DNA of 64,000 nt from an uncultured Planctomycetaceae bacterium (GTDB taxonomy: Bacteria; Planctomycetota; Planctomycetia; Pirellulales; Thermoguttaceae), in the NCBI GenBank assembly GCA_964631235.1, contig CAZVZX010000013.1, forward strand, positions 15,013-79,012, read 5' to 3'. The notes beneath the pieces were generated by a model. That model saw only the letters and a program-made list of their open reading frames with translations. It was not told the DNA's origin and searched no databases. Shown here one piece after another: positions 9,044 to 17,742 of the stretch (positions within the stretch are counted from its first letter, which is position 1; each line of letters starts with the position of its first letter). Position numbers and translations under genes: made by a program.

Positions 9044-9691
9044 CTACGGCCCGAGTATGTCGGCCGGATCGAACAGCTTCATGTCGCGGATCTCTCCCAG
9101 GCTCGGGTTGTTCTTTTCCACAAATTCGGCCCACCGTTGTACGTCCTTCTCGTCGATTTCCATGCGAAATGCTGCGACGGGACGCCGATCGGGCAGTTCC
9201 CCTTTCGGCAGCCAACGCGGCCCGAAGTGATAGACGGCCATGTACATGATTTTGGCCTTCTTTTCACTAACGCCGGCGCAGCGGCAGGCGTGGTAGAACA
9301 TCAGGTGGACGTCTTCCCACGGCTGGTCGCGCTGTTGACAGGCGGCATCGTGGATGACCGAGGCGTTTCGGTACAGGCCTTCGAACGGTCCGCCGATGAT
9401 CGACCAAAACGCTTGCGGAATCGATGCCCCGTCGATCAACGTCTGGCTGGGCGCGGTCCAAGTTCGCCCTGCCGGATCGACGTATGTCAGCGGTTGCAGC
9501 AGCCGCATGGTGCGACCGTCCGACTCCCAAACCGCCTCGACTCGGCCGACGAAACAACCGTACGGCCCGGGTTTTTCGGGCCACATCAGATAAAGGGCAG
9601 TGCCCCCGCCGGCAATCATCGCCAAAGCGGCGACAATCGCACCCCAAAGAGCGACCTTCGAGAACATCGGTCTTTGCCTCCTTTCCCGCAC
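9044..9691 (-). CDS. Membrane-anchored DUF1353-family protein
   Basis: N-terminal TM segment ([25 protein letters not shown]). The core [51 protein letters not shown] matches, from my memory of the DUF1353 pattern, xDGASIPxxxW...HD. An alternative start is ATG 9667. Confidence 0.6.
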   Translation of the reverse strand: MRERRQRPMFSKVALWGAIVAALAMIAGGGTALYLMWPEKPGPYGCFVGRVEAVWESDGRTMRLLQPLTYVDPAGRTWTAPSQTLIDGASIPQAFWSIIGGPFEGLYRNASVIHDAACQQRDQPWEDVHLMFYHACRCAGVSEKKAKIMYMAVYHFGPRWLPKGELPDRRPVAAFRMEIDEKDVQRWAEFVEKNNPSLGEIRDMKLFDPADILGP

Positions 9692-9899
9692 GATCCTTTT
9701 TCGGGAGCGATTGTCTCTCTCTGTCCTTTTCTCCGCAAGATAGAATTCGAGCTCAACCGCGCGTCCGCCGGCGCCTCGCGGGCCGACGCGCGCAGATTGA
9801 TCCCCAGTCCCGACCGCTTCAGCCGTCAGCCGCCCGCAATGCCGCCATCAACGAAGGCGGCACCGCGGGTCGTTTGGCAAGACGTCCTGATGCCAGGGC

Positions 9900-11795
9900 C
9901 TACTTCTTCACTTCGAATTCGGCGTCGATCGTGTCGTCGTTGCCGCCGCCTTCCGCCGGACCTGCCGATGGTCCCGCGGGTTGCGGCCCGGCCTTGGCGT
10001 AAAGGGTTTTGCTCAATGCGTGCAACGCCTGTTCGAGTTCATGGATCGACGACTTGATTGAATCGATGTTGTCCGACTTGGCGGTGTTGCGCGTGCGTTC
10101 GATCGCGCGATTCACCGCCTCTTTGTCGCTTGCCGAAAGCTTGGCCTCATGCTCTTTGATGAGTTTTTCGGCTTGCCAGCACATCGACTCCGCTTGGTTC
10201 CTCGCCTCGGCCAACTCGCGTTTTCGCTTGTCTTCTTCGGCATGTGATTCGGCGTCGCGCCGCATGCGTTCGATTTCCTCCTTGCTCAAACCGCTGGATT
10301 GCTCGATCCGCACGGTTTGCTCTTTTCCGGTTCCCAAGTCTTTGGCCGAAACGTTGAGGATGCCGTTAGCGTCGATATCGAACTTGACTTCGATTTGCGG
10401 CACGCCTCGCGGGGCCGGAGGAATGCCTTCGAGGTTGAATTGACCGAGCAGCCGATTGTCGGCCGCCATCGGACGTTCGCCTTGATAGACCTTTACGGTA
10501 ACAGCCGTTTGATTATCGTCGGCCGTACTGAAAATCTGTTTGGCCTCTTTGGGAATCGTGGTGTTTCGCTCGATAATCCGCGTCATGACACCGCCGAGCG
10601 TTTCGATGCCCAAGCTCAACGGAGTCACGTCGAGCAGCAGAACATCTTTTACGTCGCCGGCCAACACGGCCCCTTGGATCGCAGCGCCTTCGGCCACAAC
10701 CTCGTCGGGATTGACTCCCTTGTGAGGCTCCTTGCCGAACATCGACCGCACCAGCTCTTGCACCTTGGGGATGCGGGTCGATCCGCCGACGAGCACCACT
10801 TCGTCGATGTCCGAATAGCGCAGCTTGGCGTCTTTCATCGCTTGTTCGACCGGGCCGCGGCAGCGCTCGACCAAGTGGTCAACCAAACGTTCGAACTCCG
10901 CGCGGGTGATCGACATTTGGAGATGCTTCGGGCCGTTGGCGTCGGCCGTGATGAACGGCAGGTTGATGTCGGTCGATTGCGCCGAGCTGAGCTCTTTCTT
11001 GGCCTTCTCGCAGGCTTCCTGAAGCCGCTGCAACGCCATCGGGTCTTTCCGCAGGTCGATCCCCTGTTGGCGTCGGAACTCGTCGGCGACGTGGTCGATC
11101 AGTACCTTGTCGAAATCGTCGCCGCCCAAGTGCGTGTCGCCACTGGTGCTGATGACGCGGAAGACGCCATCGGCCACTTCGAGCACCGAAACGTCGAACG
11201 TGCCGCCGCCCAAATCAAAGACGACGATCTTCTCGCCTTCCTTTTTATCGAGTCCGTAGGCAAGCGAGGCTGCGGTCGGTTCGTTGATGATCCGCGCGAC
11301 TTCGAGGCCGGCGATTTGTCCGGCGTCTTTGGTCGCCTGTCGCTGAGCGTCGTTGAAGTAGGCGGGCACGGTGATGACCGCCTTGTTGACCTTGTGGCCG
11401 AGATATGCCTCTGCGGCTTCCTTGAGCTTGCGAAGCACAAAAGCCGAGATCTCCGGCGGCGTGTACGTCTTGTTGCCGGCCTCGACGCGCACGTAGTCGT
11501 CCGGCCCGCCGACCACTTTGTAGGGCACCATTTTTTCTTCAGCGGCCACTTCGGCATGACGCCGGCCCATGAACCGTTTGATCGAAGCGATCGTTCGGTG
11601 CGGATTGGTGACCGCTTGCCGTTTCGCCGGCTCGCCGACAAGCACTTCGCCTTTGTCGGTGAATGCCACCACGCTGGGAGTCAGCCGGTTGCCTTCCGCG
11701 TTGGCAATCACCTTCGGTTTCTGGCCTTCCATGACGGCCACGACCGAGTTGGTAGTCCCGAGATCAATGCCAATGATTTTTTCGCCTTGGGCCAT
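9900..11795 (-). CDS. dnaK: Molecular chaperone DnaK (Hsp70)
   Basis: Hsp70 signatures [23 protein letters not shown] and [12 protein letters not shown]. The ORF opens at GTG 11837. I prefer ATG 11795 ([17 protein letters not shown]), which has a GAAAGGA SD. Confidence 0.95.
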   Translation of the reverse strand: MAQGEKIIGIDLGTTNSVVAVMEGQKPKVIANAEGNRLTPSVVAFTDKGEVLVGEPAKRQAVTNPHRTIASIKRFMGRRHAEVAAEEKMVPYKVVGGPDDYVRVEAGNKTYTPPEISAFVLRKLKEAAEAYLGHKVNKAVITVPAYFNDAQRQATKDAGQIAGLEVARIINEPTAASLAYGLDKKEGEKIVVFDLGGGTFDVSVLEVADGVFRVISTSGDTHLGGDDFDKVLIDHVADEFRRQQGIDLRKDPMALQRLQEACEKAKKELSSAQSTDINLPFITADANGPKHLQMSITRAEFERLVDHLVERCRGPVEQAMKDAKLRYSDIDEVVLVGGSTRIPKVQELVRSMFGKEPHKGVNPDEVVAEGAAIQGAVLAGDVKDVLLLDVTPLSLGIETLGGVMTRIIERNTTIPKEAKQIFSTADDNQTAVTVKVYQGERPMAADNRLLGQFNLEGIPPAPRGVPQIEVKFDIDANGILNVSAKDLGTGKEQTVRIEQSSGLSKEEIERMRRDAESHAEEDKRKRELAEARNQAESMCWQAEKLIKEHEAKLSASDKEAVNRAIERTRNTAKSDNIDSIKSSIHELEQALHALSKTLYAKAGPQPAGPSAGPAEGGGNDDTIDAEFEVKK

Positions 11796-11874
11796 CTTCG
11801 ATGATCCTTTCCGTTTGTTTTCGGGGGCAGTTGCCACCCGTGGGCAATTGTTGTCATTGCAGCTTGCTGATGGG

Positions 11875-11889
11875 GCAAAGGCCGTGCCG
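11875..11889 (-). promoter_or_regulatory. Candidate sigma-54 (-24/-12) promoter upstream of dnaK
   Basis: The minus strand reads CGGCACGGCCTTTGC. GGCACG and TTGC sit at the exact consensus spacing (TGGCACG-N4-TTGC). The predicted +1 is near 11863, about 68 nt before ATG 11795. Confidence 0.4.
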
Positions 11890-12372
11890 ATATTGTGCCC
11901 CTGTTGTCGCTTGGCGTCGTAAGGTGTTATTGGATAGATTCTTGCGTTAGTTTGGCATGAGTTGTCTTCGACGCGGCTGGATGAAGAGAATCGCGCAAAA
12001 CTGTCATTTTGGCAGTCGTTAACTGGATGGTGGGCATAGAGTTCGTGTCCCAGCGTCCGTTCTGCCGTGGGTTAGGTTGACACGGGACTATGGGGCGATT
12101 ATCACTCGAAATAGGGGCACTGTAACGGAATTGTCTTCTCTATCCGAGATTTCGGCCCGTGGATTTCGCGCGGAAGACACTGCGAATCCAAGAACGAGTT
12201 TTCCAAAGGGTTGCAGGGCACACTACCGGGGGTGTGCGTTTGAAAAGATGATTAGCTGATCGGTTTGATCGACTGGAGCGTGTCGCGGACGAAGATGCCG
12301 TCTTGACGACGGCCGGGGTGTGAACTCTTTTGGGCCTCAACTCTCCACTACAAACGTTGCGAATTCGTCACT

Positions 12373-13497
12373 ATGGCAAAGTCTTCTGCTGAACGAAAGC
12401 GTTCGCCACGTCGGGAAAAACCGGTCACGGCGGCCGAGCTGCGCAACCGTCTGATGCGTCTGGACATGCAGTTGATCGAGTTGATTCAGCAGCGGGGCCA
12501 GTTTGTGGTGGAACTGGCAAAGCTTTCTCCGGAGGAATACGGCAGCACCGTTGAGCTGGACAGTGCCCAGGCAACGGCGCGCCAGTTGGCCGAACGGTTC
12601 CCCGGTGCCTTGAGCACGCAGCAAATCGAATCGCTTCTGCGCGACTTGTACAGCAGTTGCCGCAGTTTGGTGCATCCGTTGCGAGTCGCTGTTTTGGGAC
12701 CTGTGTATAGTTACAGTCACTTGGCGGCGCTGCATCGTTTCGGCCAATGTGTCGAGTACGTGCCGGTGGGCACGATACCGGCGGTTTTCGAAGAGGTTCA
12801 ATTGCGGCACGCTCAATACGGATTGGTGCCGATCGAGAATTCGACCGACGGCCGAGTGGCCGACACGCTCGACATGTTCACCCGTATCAAGACCACCATT
12901 ACGGGTGTGATCGAAATGCGGATTCATCACACACTTTTGGGACGCTGCGGTCGCAGCGAAGTGCGCGAGGTGTATAGCCGTCCCCAGGCCCTCTCGCAGT
13001 GTCGCAATTGGTTGGCTCAGCACTTGCCCGGTGCCCGCACGATCGAGGTTACCAGCACATCAACGGCAGCGCAACTGGCGCGAGAGAAGCCCGGAGCGGC
13101 GGCAATCGCCAGCCGCCAGGCCGGGAGCTATTACGGTCTGGAGGTGTTGGCGGAGAACATCGAAGACAACCCGGGCAATCTGACGCGGTTCGCGGTTATC
13201 GGCGGCGAGCCGGCCAAACGATCGGGCAAGGATCGCACGGCCATTTGGTTCCAAGTCGAGCACCGGCCCGGCGCGCTGGCCGAGGCGATGAATGTTTTTC
13301 GCCGCAATTCGGTGAATCTGACATGGATCGAATCGTTCCCCATTCCGGGGCACGAGCGCGCGTACTTGTTCTTCGTCGAAATGGAAGGCCACAATCACGA
13401 TGCCCGGGTTCGCCGTGCCGTGGCCGCCTTGGGGCGTCATGCGTTGCGCATGGAAGTGCTCGGCAGCTTCCCCGCCCCGATACTCGTCGATGATTAG
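12373..13497 (+). CDS. pheA: Bifunctional chorismate mutase / prephenate dehydratase (P-protein)
   Basis: N-terminal chorismate mutase helices (AELRNRLMRLDMQLIELIQQRGQFV). Prephenate dehydratase core (RVAVLGPVYSYSHLAA ... NLTRFAVIG). C-terminal ACT region (IWFQVEHRPGALAEAMNVF ... ESFP). Confidence 0.9.
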   Translation: MAKSSAERKRSPRREKPVTAAELRNRLMRLDMQLIELIQQRGQFVVELAKLSPEEYGSTVELDSAQATARQLAERFPGALSTQQIESLLRDLYSSCRSLVHPLRVAVLGPVYSYSHLAALHRFGQCVEYVPVGTIPAVFEEVQLRHAQYGLVPIENSTDGRVADTLDMFTRIKTTITGVIEMRIHHTLLGRCGRSEVREVYSRPQALSQCRNWLAQHLPGARTIEVTSTSTAAQLAREKPGAAAIASRQAGSYYGLEVLAENIEDNPGNLTRFAVIGGEPAKRSGKDRTAIWFQVEHRPGALAEAMNVFRRNSVNLTWIESFPIPGHERAYLFFVEMEGHNHDARVRRAVAALGRHALRMEVLGSFPAPILVDD

Positions 13498-13540
13498 TGC
13501 TTGCCGGTGATTTTCATCCGGCTCTCGCCTCGAAGAAACG

Positions 13541-13610
13541 GCGAAATACGGAAAGTGCTTCGAACGGGGACCGCCAGAAATCGGCCGCTTCGCTGCAACG
13601 GCGGTCGCTC
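13541..13610 (+). promoter_or_regulatory. Conserved ~70-nt intergenic element, copy C (function unknown)
   Basis: GCGAAATACGGAAAGTGCTTCGAACGGGGACCGCCAGAAATCGGCCGCTTCGCTGCAACGGCGGTCGCTCA. It starts 44 nt after the pheA stop and ends 247 nt before ATG 13857. Confidence 0.6.
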
Positions 13611-13856
13611 AGGCGATTGTGAGGGACTATTTAGGCGGCGGGGCGTCATGCGCATCGCATCGGCAGATAGGCGGCAGAGCGATCGATGGAACGGATTTCG
13701 TCCGACAGGCGGTGGTTCCTCGGGAGGCGGCAATCGACACCGTAAAGCGGCTGCTGTAGCGTCGCAGTGCCGCAACGGGGTATGATTCAAGGGGATTCGG
13801 GATCACCCGCGGAGCGATCGGCGGGATACGGTTGTTGTTTTCGTTGCGTTCGTTTC

Positions 13857-14429
13857 ATGGCCATACCGGAAGAGAAGCTTGTCCGAATTCGCGCCTGGGA
13901 GGGCGTTCGCGCCCTCTACGAGGACTTGCCCGTTGATCGGAGACGGAACCGCATGGAGGCGGATCGTTTTCAGATCTACGAGTTACTCCTTGCTCCGCTC
14001 GAGGGAATTCGCGAGCCCCAAGAGAGTCATCCCGAGGGAGACTTGCTCTATCACAGTCTCCAGGTGTTTACGCTGGCGCGTGAGAAGCTGGCCTACGACG
14101 AGGAGTTTCTGACAGCAGCCTTGCTCCACGATGTCGGCAAGGGGCTTGACCGTTTCAACCATGTGGCTGCGGCGCTCGATGCTCTTCAAGGTTTTATTAC
14201 CGCCCGTACCGCTTGGCTGATTGAGCATCATGTCGATGCGCTGCTTCTTCGCAACGGTACGCTGGGCGTTCGATCGCGGCGTCGGCTGGAATCGCACGAG
14301 AGTTTTGACGAGTTGGTTCTATTGGCGCAATGCGATGCCGCCGGGCGCCAGATCGGAATGGCTGTCCCGTCCCTGAGCGAAGCCATCGGGTTTTTGCGCG
14401 ACTTGGCTCAAGAGAACGAGGAAGGCTGA
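13857..14429 (+). CDS. HD-domain phosphohydrolase-like protein
   Basis: HSLQVFTLAREKL...LLHDVGKG (H...HD motif), with further His residues in LIEHHVDALL. The start is uncertain: the ORF opens at GTG 13767, there is an ATG at 13782, and ATG 13857 has no clear SD. Confidence 0.65.
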   Translation: MAIPEEKLVRIRAWEGVRALYEDLPVDRRRNRMEADRFQIYELLLAPLEGIREPQESHPEGDLLYHSLQVFTLAREKLAYDEEFLTAALLHDVGKGLDRFNHVAAALDALQGFITARTAWLIEHHVDALLLRNGTLGVRSRRRLESHESFDELVLLAQCDAAGRQIGMAVPSLSEAIGFLRDLAQENEEG

Positions 14430-14533
14430 ATTTCGGCAGTGAGCGGCCGTCGCCGAGCGGCACGACCAGAAAGGGCCGGATACTGTACCTTCAGAGAGCG
14501 GCCGGCCAAGCGGAATCCGCGGGAGGCGGCGGG

Positions 14534-15058
14534 CTACTTGGTCAGCCGAAAGTCGGTAATGATCACGTCGCGCACGGCCTGAAGCTCAAGGCAGTCGTTG
14601 ATTTGAGACTGGATCTGGCGTTTCAGCCCGACGAGCGCGGCGTTGTCGAAGTCGTCGATCGTTGTCCGCCGAAGCAACTCTTCGACGTGCTGGCGAACTC
14701 GGAACTGCCGCGCGGCGAGCTGATGCCGAGCTGCTTGGTCTCGCTGATCGTCGAAGGTAATGTGCAGTCGGAATTCGATCATGGCGGGCGAATTGCCGCC
14801 GGAATTGATCGGTGCAACGGCGAAGCGTCCCAGGTCGATTTCGGCCGGCGGAGGTGCCGGTGTTGGATCGACAAGCGGGGCTGTTTCCTTGCGATTGAAC
14901 GCCAGGAAGATCGCTACCCCGAGAAGACCGAGCGCGATGATCGCCAATCCCCACTTCTGAACGAGGGCAACGAGGCCCGCGCTCGACGGCTTTGCGGCTG
15001 CCGGCGACTCAGAAGCAGGCGTTTCGATGGCACTGCGCGATTCAGTCTTTGCGACCAT
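14534..15058 (-). CDS. FliL-like single-pass membrane protein (flagellar basal-body-associated family, tentative)
   Basis: One TM segment (WGLAIIALGLLGVAIFLAF) followed by IDLGRFAVAP...AMIEFRLHITFDD...VRQHVEELL...LKRQIQSQINDCL...VRDVIITDFRL. This follows the FliL domain pattern as I remember it. The ORF opens at GTG 15091; the ATG is at 15058. Confidence 0.4.
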   Translation of the reverse strand: MVAKTESRSAIETPASESPAAAKPSSAGLVALVQKWGLAIIALGLLGVAIFLAFNRKETAPLVDPTPAPPPAEIDLGRFAVAPINSGGNSPAMIEFRLHITFDDQRDQAARHQLAARQFRVRQHVEELLRRTTIDDFDNAALVGLKRQIQSQINDCLELQAVRDVIITDFRLTK

Positions 15059-15512
15059 GGGACGTTCTCGATCGCAGTGGGCGTTGGGCACGGCTTGCCG
15101 CCGAAGACCGCCCTCTTGGCAGATGCTTGAACGGCCCGTTGGAAAAACGGCTCTCGGATTTGCGGTTCTGTGCCTTCTCCGAAGTATTCTCTGGAATCGT
15201 GTTTTTCAACGGGCTGTTGGCGAAAGGCGCGGCCATGCCCTGGGCCTATTCGGCGGCAGACTTTCGGCCGACTCGTTGCGTTTCGAGCCGAAAAACGCCG
15301 AGAGTCAATCGCGTTCCCATTGAAAGCGTAGTTTACGTCGTGGCCGTGCCAGAAATTAACAAAAAAATTGGGGCCTCCAACGTGCCACCTCCCACAGTGG
15401 CAATCCGAACGGTAAGGGCAAGGCGACCGTTCGGAAACCGACGTCAGAAGCCCCACGGGCCAGACCTGCGATTGGATCACCGTCAATGACGGCGAACACG
15501 ATTCGTTAAGAT

Positions 15513-15528
15513 TGCATACGTTGTGCCA
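15513..15528 (-). promoter_or_regulatory. Candidate sigma-54 promoter upstream of the FliL-like gene
   Basis: The minus strand reads TGGCACAACGTATGCA, with GG and GC at consensus spacing and ATGC in place of TTGC at -12. A second, weaker site, TGGCACGTTGGAGGC, is on the minus strand at 15373-15387. Confidence 0.3.
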
Positions 15529-15964
15529 AACCGGTGGGTATGGCGGCGAATAGGTTGTATGTGCTTTTTTGGTAGGACTTTAAGGAAACGGGTGTTTTTC
15601 CGGACACTCGCAGTTGCGATACGTTTGGGGCGGACCTGTTCCATTATGCTGTAGCGAGTGTTCGTTGTCGGAACAGTTTTCGGGCGTTGGTGGCGACTGG
15701 TTGTCCGCTGGCCCCGGTGAAAAGGCCCGGACGGGCGATCGGCGATCGTTACGGTAATGCGGTGTTAGAAGCAGGTTTCTGAAGTGGCGGGCTGTTCCGT
15801 TTGCATGGAATTTGAGTTGTGTAAGGGCTTTCGGTTGCAAACGGAAATCCCCTTTCGGCGGCCTTGCGGCGTTGCGGCCGATTACCAATGACGTGAAGAA
15901 GATCACCCCATTTGCTGCTGACAATCGCTTCGGAACAACGACGGAGTTGTCACAGAGAATTGAG

Positions 15965-15994
15965 TTATTCGGCGTTATTCGGCGTTACTCGGCG
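15965..15994. repeat. 10-bp x3 microsatellite-like tandem repeat
   Basis: ttattcggcg ttattcggcg ttactcggcg, with one mismatch in the third unit. It lies inside the ORF-poor region. Confidence 0.8.
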
Positions 15995-16881
15995 GGCGGC
16001 TTGCGGTTTCGCCAGGGAAGCCCCGGAAAAAACGCTTCTTGGGCAACCTGAAGGTCGTGTTGCGGCCGACTGCGGAATTGCGGTTTGTAACACAGATCTC
16101 ATCGGCCAATGACGCTTCCGGTTTCGTATTGAGCAAAGAGCATGCGGCAGGTCGGATGACCGAGGTGTGGGCTGACGGCGGCTTTTTTTCGAATCCTGGC
16201 CGATCGGCTGCAAGCTGAGGTCGGTTGGTGAACAGGCTGTCTGTTTGTGGCTCACCGGCGCTTAATGGGCGTCTAATGAACCACGAACAGAGCGGCTGCA
16301 CTACGCCCCTCGCGCCACGGCCAATCGAAGGGCGAACGTTATTGGAGTGTTTGCCGCGCAGCAATGGATCGTTCGCCCCGGGGGGTGGAACTTGGCGCGC
16401 GACGAATCGAAGGTCATTCTGAGGGAGTATCGGCGCGTCTTCGTTCGACGGTTTGCCGCGGACCCGGTGGTTTCTTCTGAACGGACTGTCCGCCGGCTGC
16501 CATTTGCCGGGCTGATGGACGTTCGTTCCTCGCGGTCGAGCAATCGGGGCGGGGCGTTACCGACAACGAATCGGTTCGATCTGCGAACATCACAGCCGAT
16601 TTGCTTGAGAAGGGGAAGGGGAGGCCGTCGTCCGGAGCCTTATGGGAAAGCACCGGCCTGAAGGTCTTGCCTTAACGGCCGGTTGAAGAAGTCGTTCTTG
16701 GATTCGCGAACGTGTGTGATTTCCGCGGAATTCGCGGGCCGAATTCGCCGAAAGGGTGTTATCAACGGGCTTTTTAGGAGGAACCGCCGGGGTAAACGGG
16801 GATCAGAGATAGTGATCGCGGAACCGCACGGTCGTGGTGTGCTGATCTTTTGTTGTGTTTTGCATTTTCGATTTTCATTGA

Positions 16882-17742
16882 ATGGTTGACATGACACCCA
16901 GCCCCAGTTTATTGCCGCAGAACCCGGCGATCGTCGGGCCGTACCGCTGTGGCCGCGGCGAACCGCTTTTGTTGATTGCGGGGCCATGCGTGATCGAAAG
17001 CGAAGAGCTGACGATCGACATTGCCGCGCAATTGGTTCATATGGCTGCGGAGCGACCCATTCGCTTGGTATTCAAGGCGTCGTTCGACAAAGCGAATCGC
17101 ACAAGCAGGTCGTCGGCTCGGGGGCCGGGATTGGAGCGGGGGCTGGCGGTCCTGCGTCGGATTCGCGAGCAATTCGGTGTGCCCGTCACTACCGATGTCC
17201 ATTTGCCCGAGCAGGCCGGGCCGGTAAGCGAGGTGTGCGATTTGTTGCAGATACCGGCATTCTTGTGCCGGCAAACCGATCTGTTGCAGGCAGCCGCGGC
17301 GACCGGTCGAGCGGTGAACGTGAAAAAGGGGCAATTCTTGGCTCCGGGCGATATGGCGTACGTTATCGAGAAGGTGACGAGCGGCGGTTGCTCGAATGTG
17401 CTGTTGACCGAGCGCGGCACTTTCTTCGGCTACGGCCGACTAGTGAACGACATGCAGGCGTTGGTTGAAATGCGGTCGCTGGGAGCGCCGGTTGTCTTTG
17501 ACGCCACGCATAGCGTTCAGCGGCCGGGCGGGCTCGGAGCGGCCACCGGCGGTTGCCGGGCGATGGTCGAGCCGTTGGCCCGCGCGGCTGTGGCGATTGG
17601 CGTCGATGGGTTATTCTTCGAGACTCATCCCGATCCCGACCGTGCGCTCAGTGACGGCCCGAACATGGTTCCGCTCGACGCCATGCCGGCCATGATCGAT
17701 CGTTTGTTGGCCTTGCGATACGCGGCGGAGAGTGGATTATGA
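16882..17742 (+). CDS. kdsA: 3-deoxy-8-phosphooctulonate (KDO-8-P) synthase
   Basis: 286 aa. [25 protein letters not shown] and VTTDVH, with a layout typical of KdsA. Confidence 0.9.
   Translation: MVDMTPSPSLLPQNPAIVGPYRCGRGEPLLLIAGPCVIESEELTIDIAAQLVHMAAERPIRLVFKASFDKANRTSRSSARGPGLERGLAVLRRIREQFGVPVTTDVHLPEQAGPVSEVCDLLQIPAFLCRQTDLLQAAAATGRAVNVKKGQFLAPGDMAYVIEKVTSGGCSNVLLTERGTFFGYGRLVNDMQALVEMRSLGAPVVFDATHSVQRPGGLGAATGGCRAMVEPLARAAVAIGVDGLFFETHPDPDRALSDGPNMVPLDAMPAMIDRLLALRYAAESGL

Noticed and set aside
6199-11804. Long + strand ORFs (6199..7533, 8392..9249, 8747..10057, 10299..11804 and others) opposite clpB, the DUF1353 gene and dnaK.
   Set aside because: They are antisense shadow ORFs, typical of high-GC DNA. 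They are rich in Arg, Leu, Gly and Val, have no motifs, and fully overlap genes with unmistakable ClpB and DnaK signatures.
11796-12372. I looked for heat-shock operators and a canonical sigma-32 promoter in front of dnaK (CIRCE, HAIR, CTTGAA-N13-17-CCCCATnT).
   Set aside because: There is no CIRCE or HAIR match. Only a -10-like CCCCATCA is present, without a -35 partner, so no conventional heat-shock element is reported.
13494-13790. ORFs 13501..13785 (+) and 13494..13790 (-) between pheA and the HD gene.
   Set aside because: They overlap each other and copy C of the conserved element. Their composition is non-protein-like and one has a TTG start. They are more likely non-coding.
15094-15110. 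A sigma-54-like GGGCACGGCTTGCC on the + strand.
   Set aside because: The spacing is two nucleotides too short, it points away from the FliL-like gene, and kdsA is 1.8 kb downstream.
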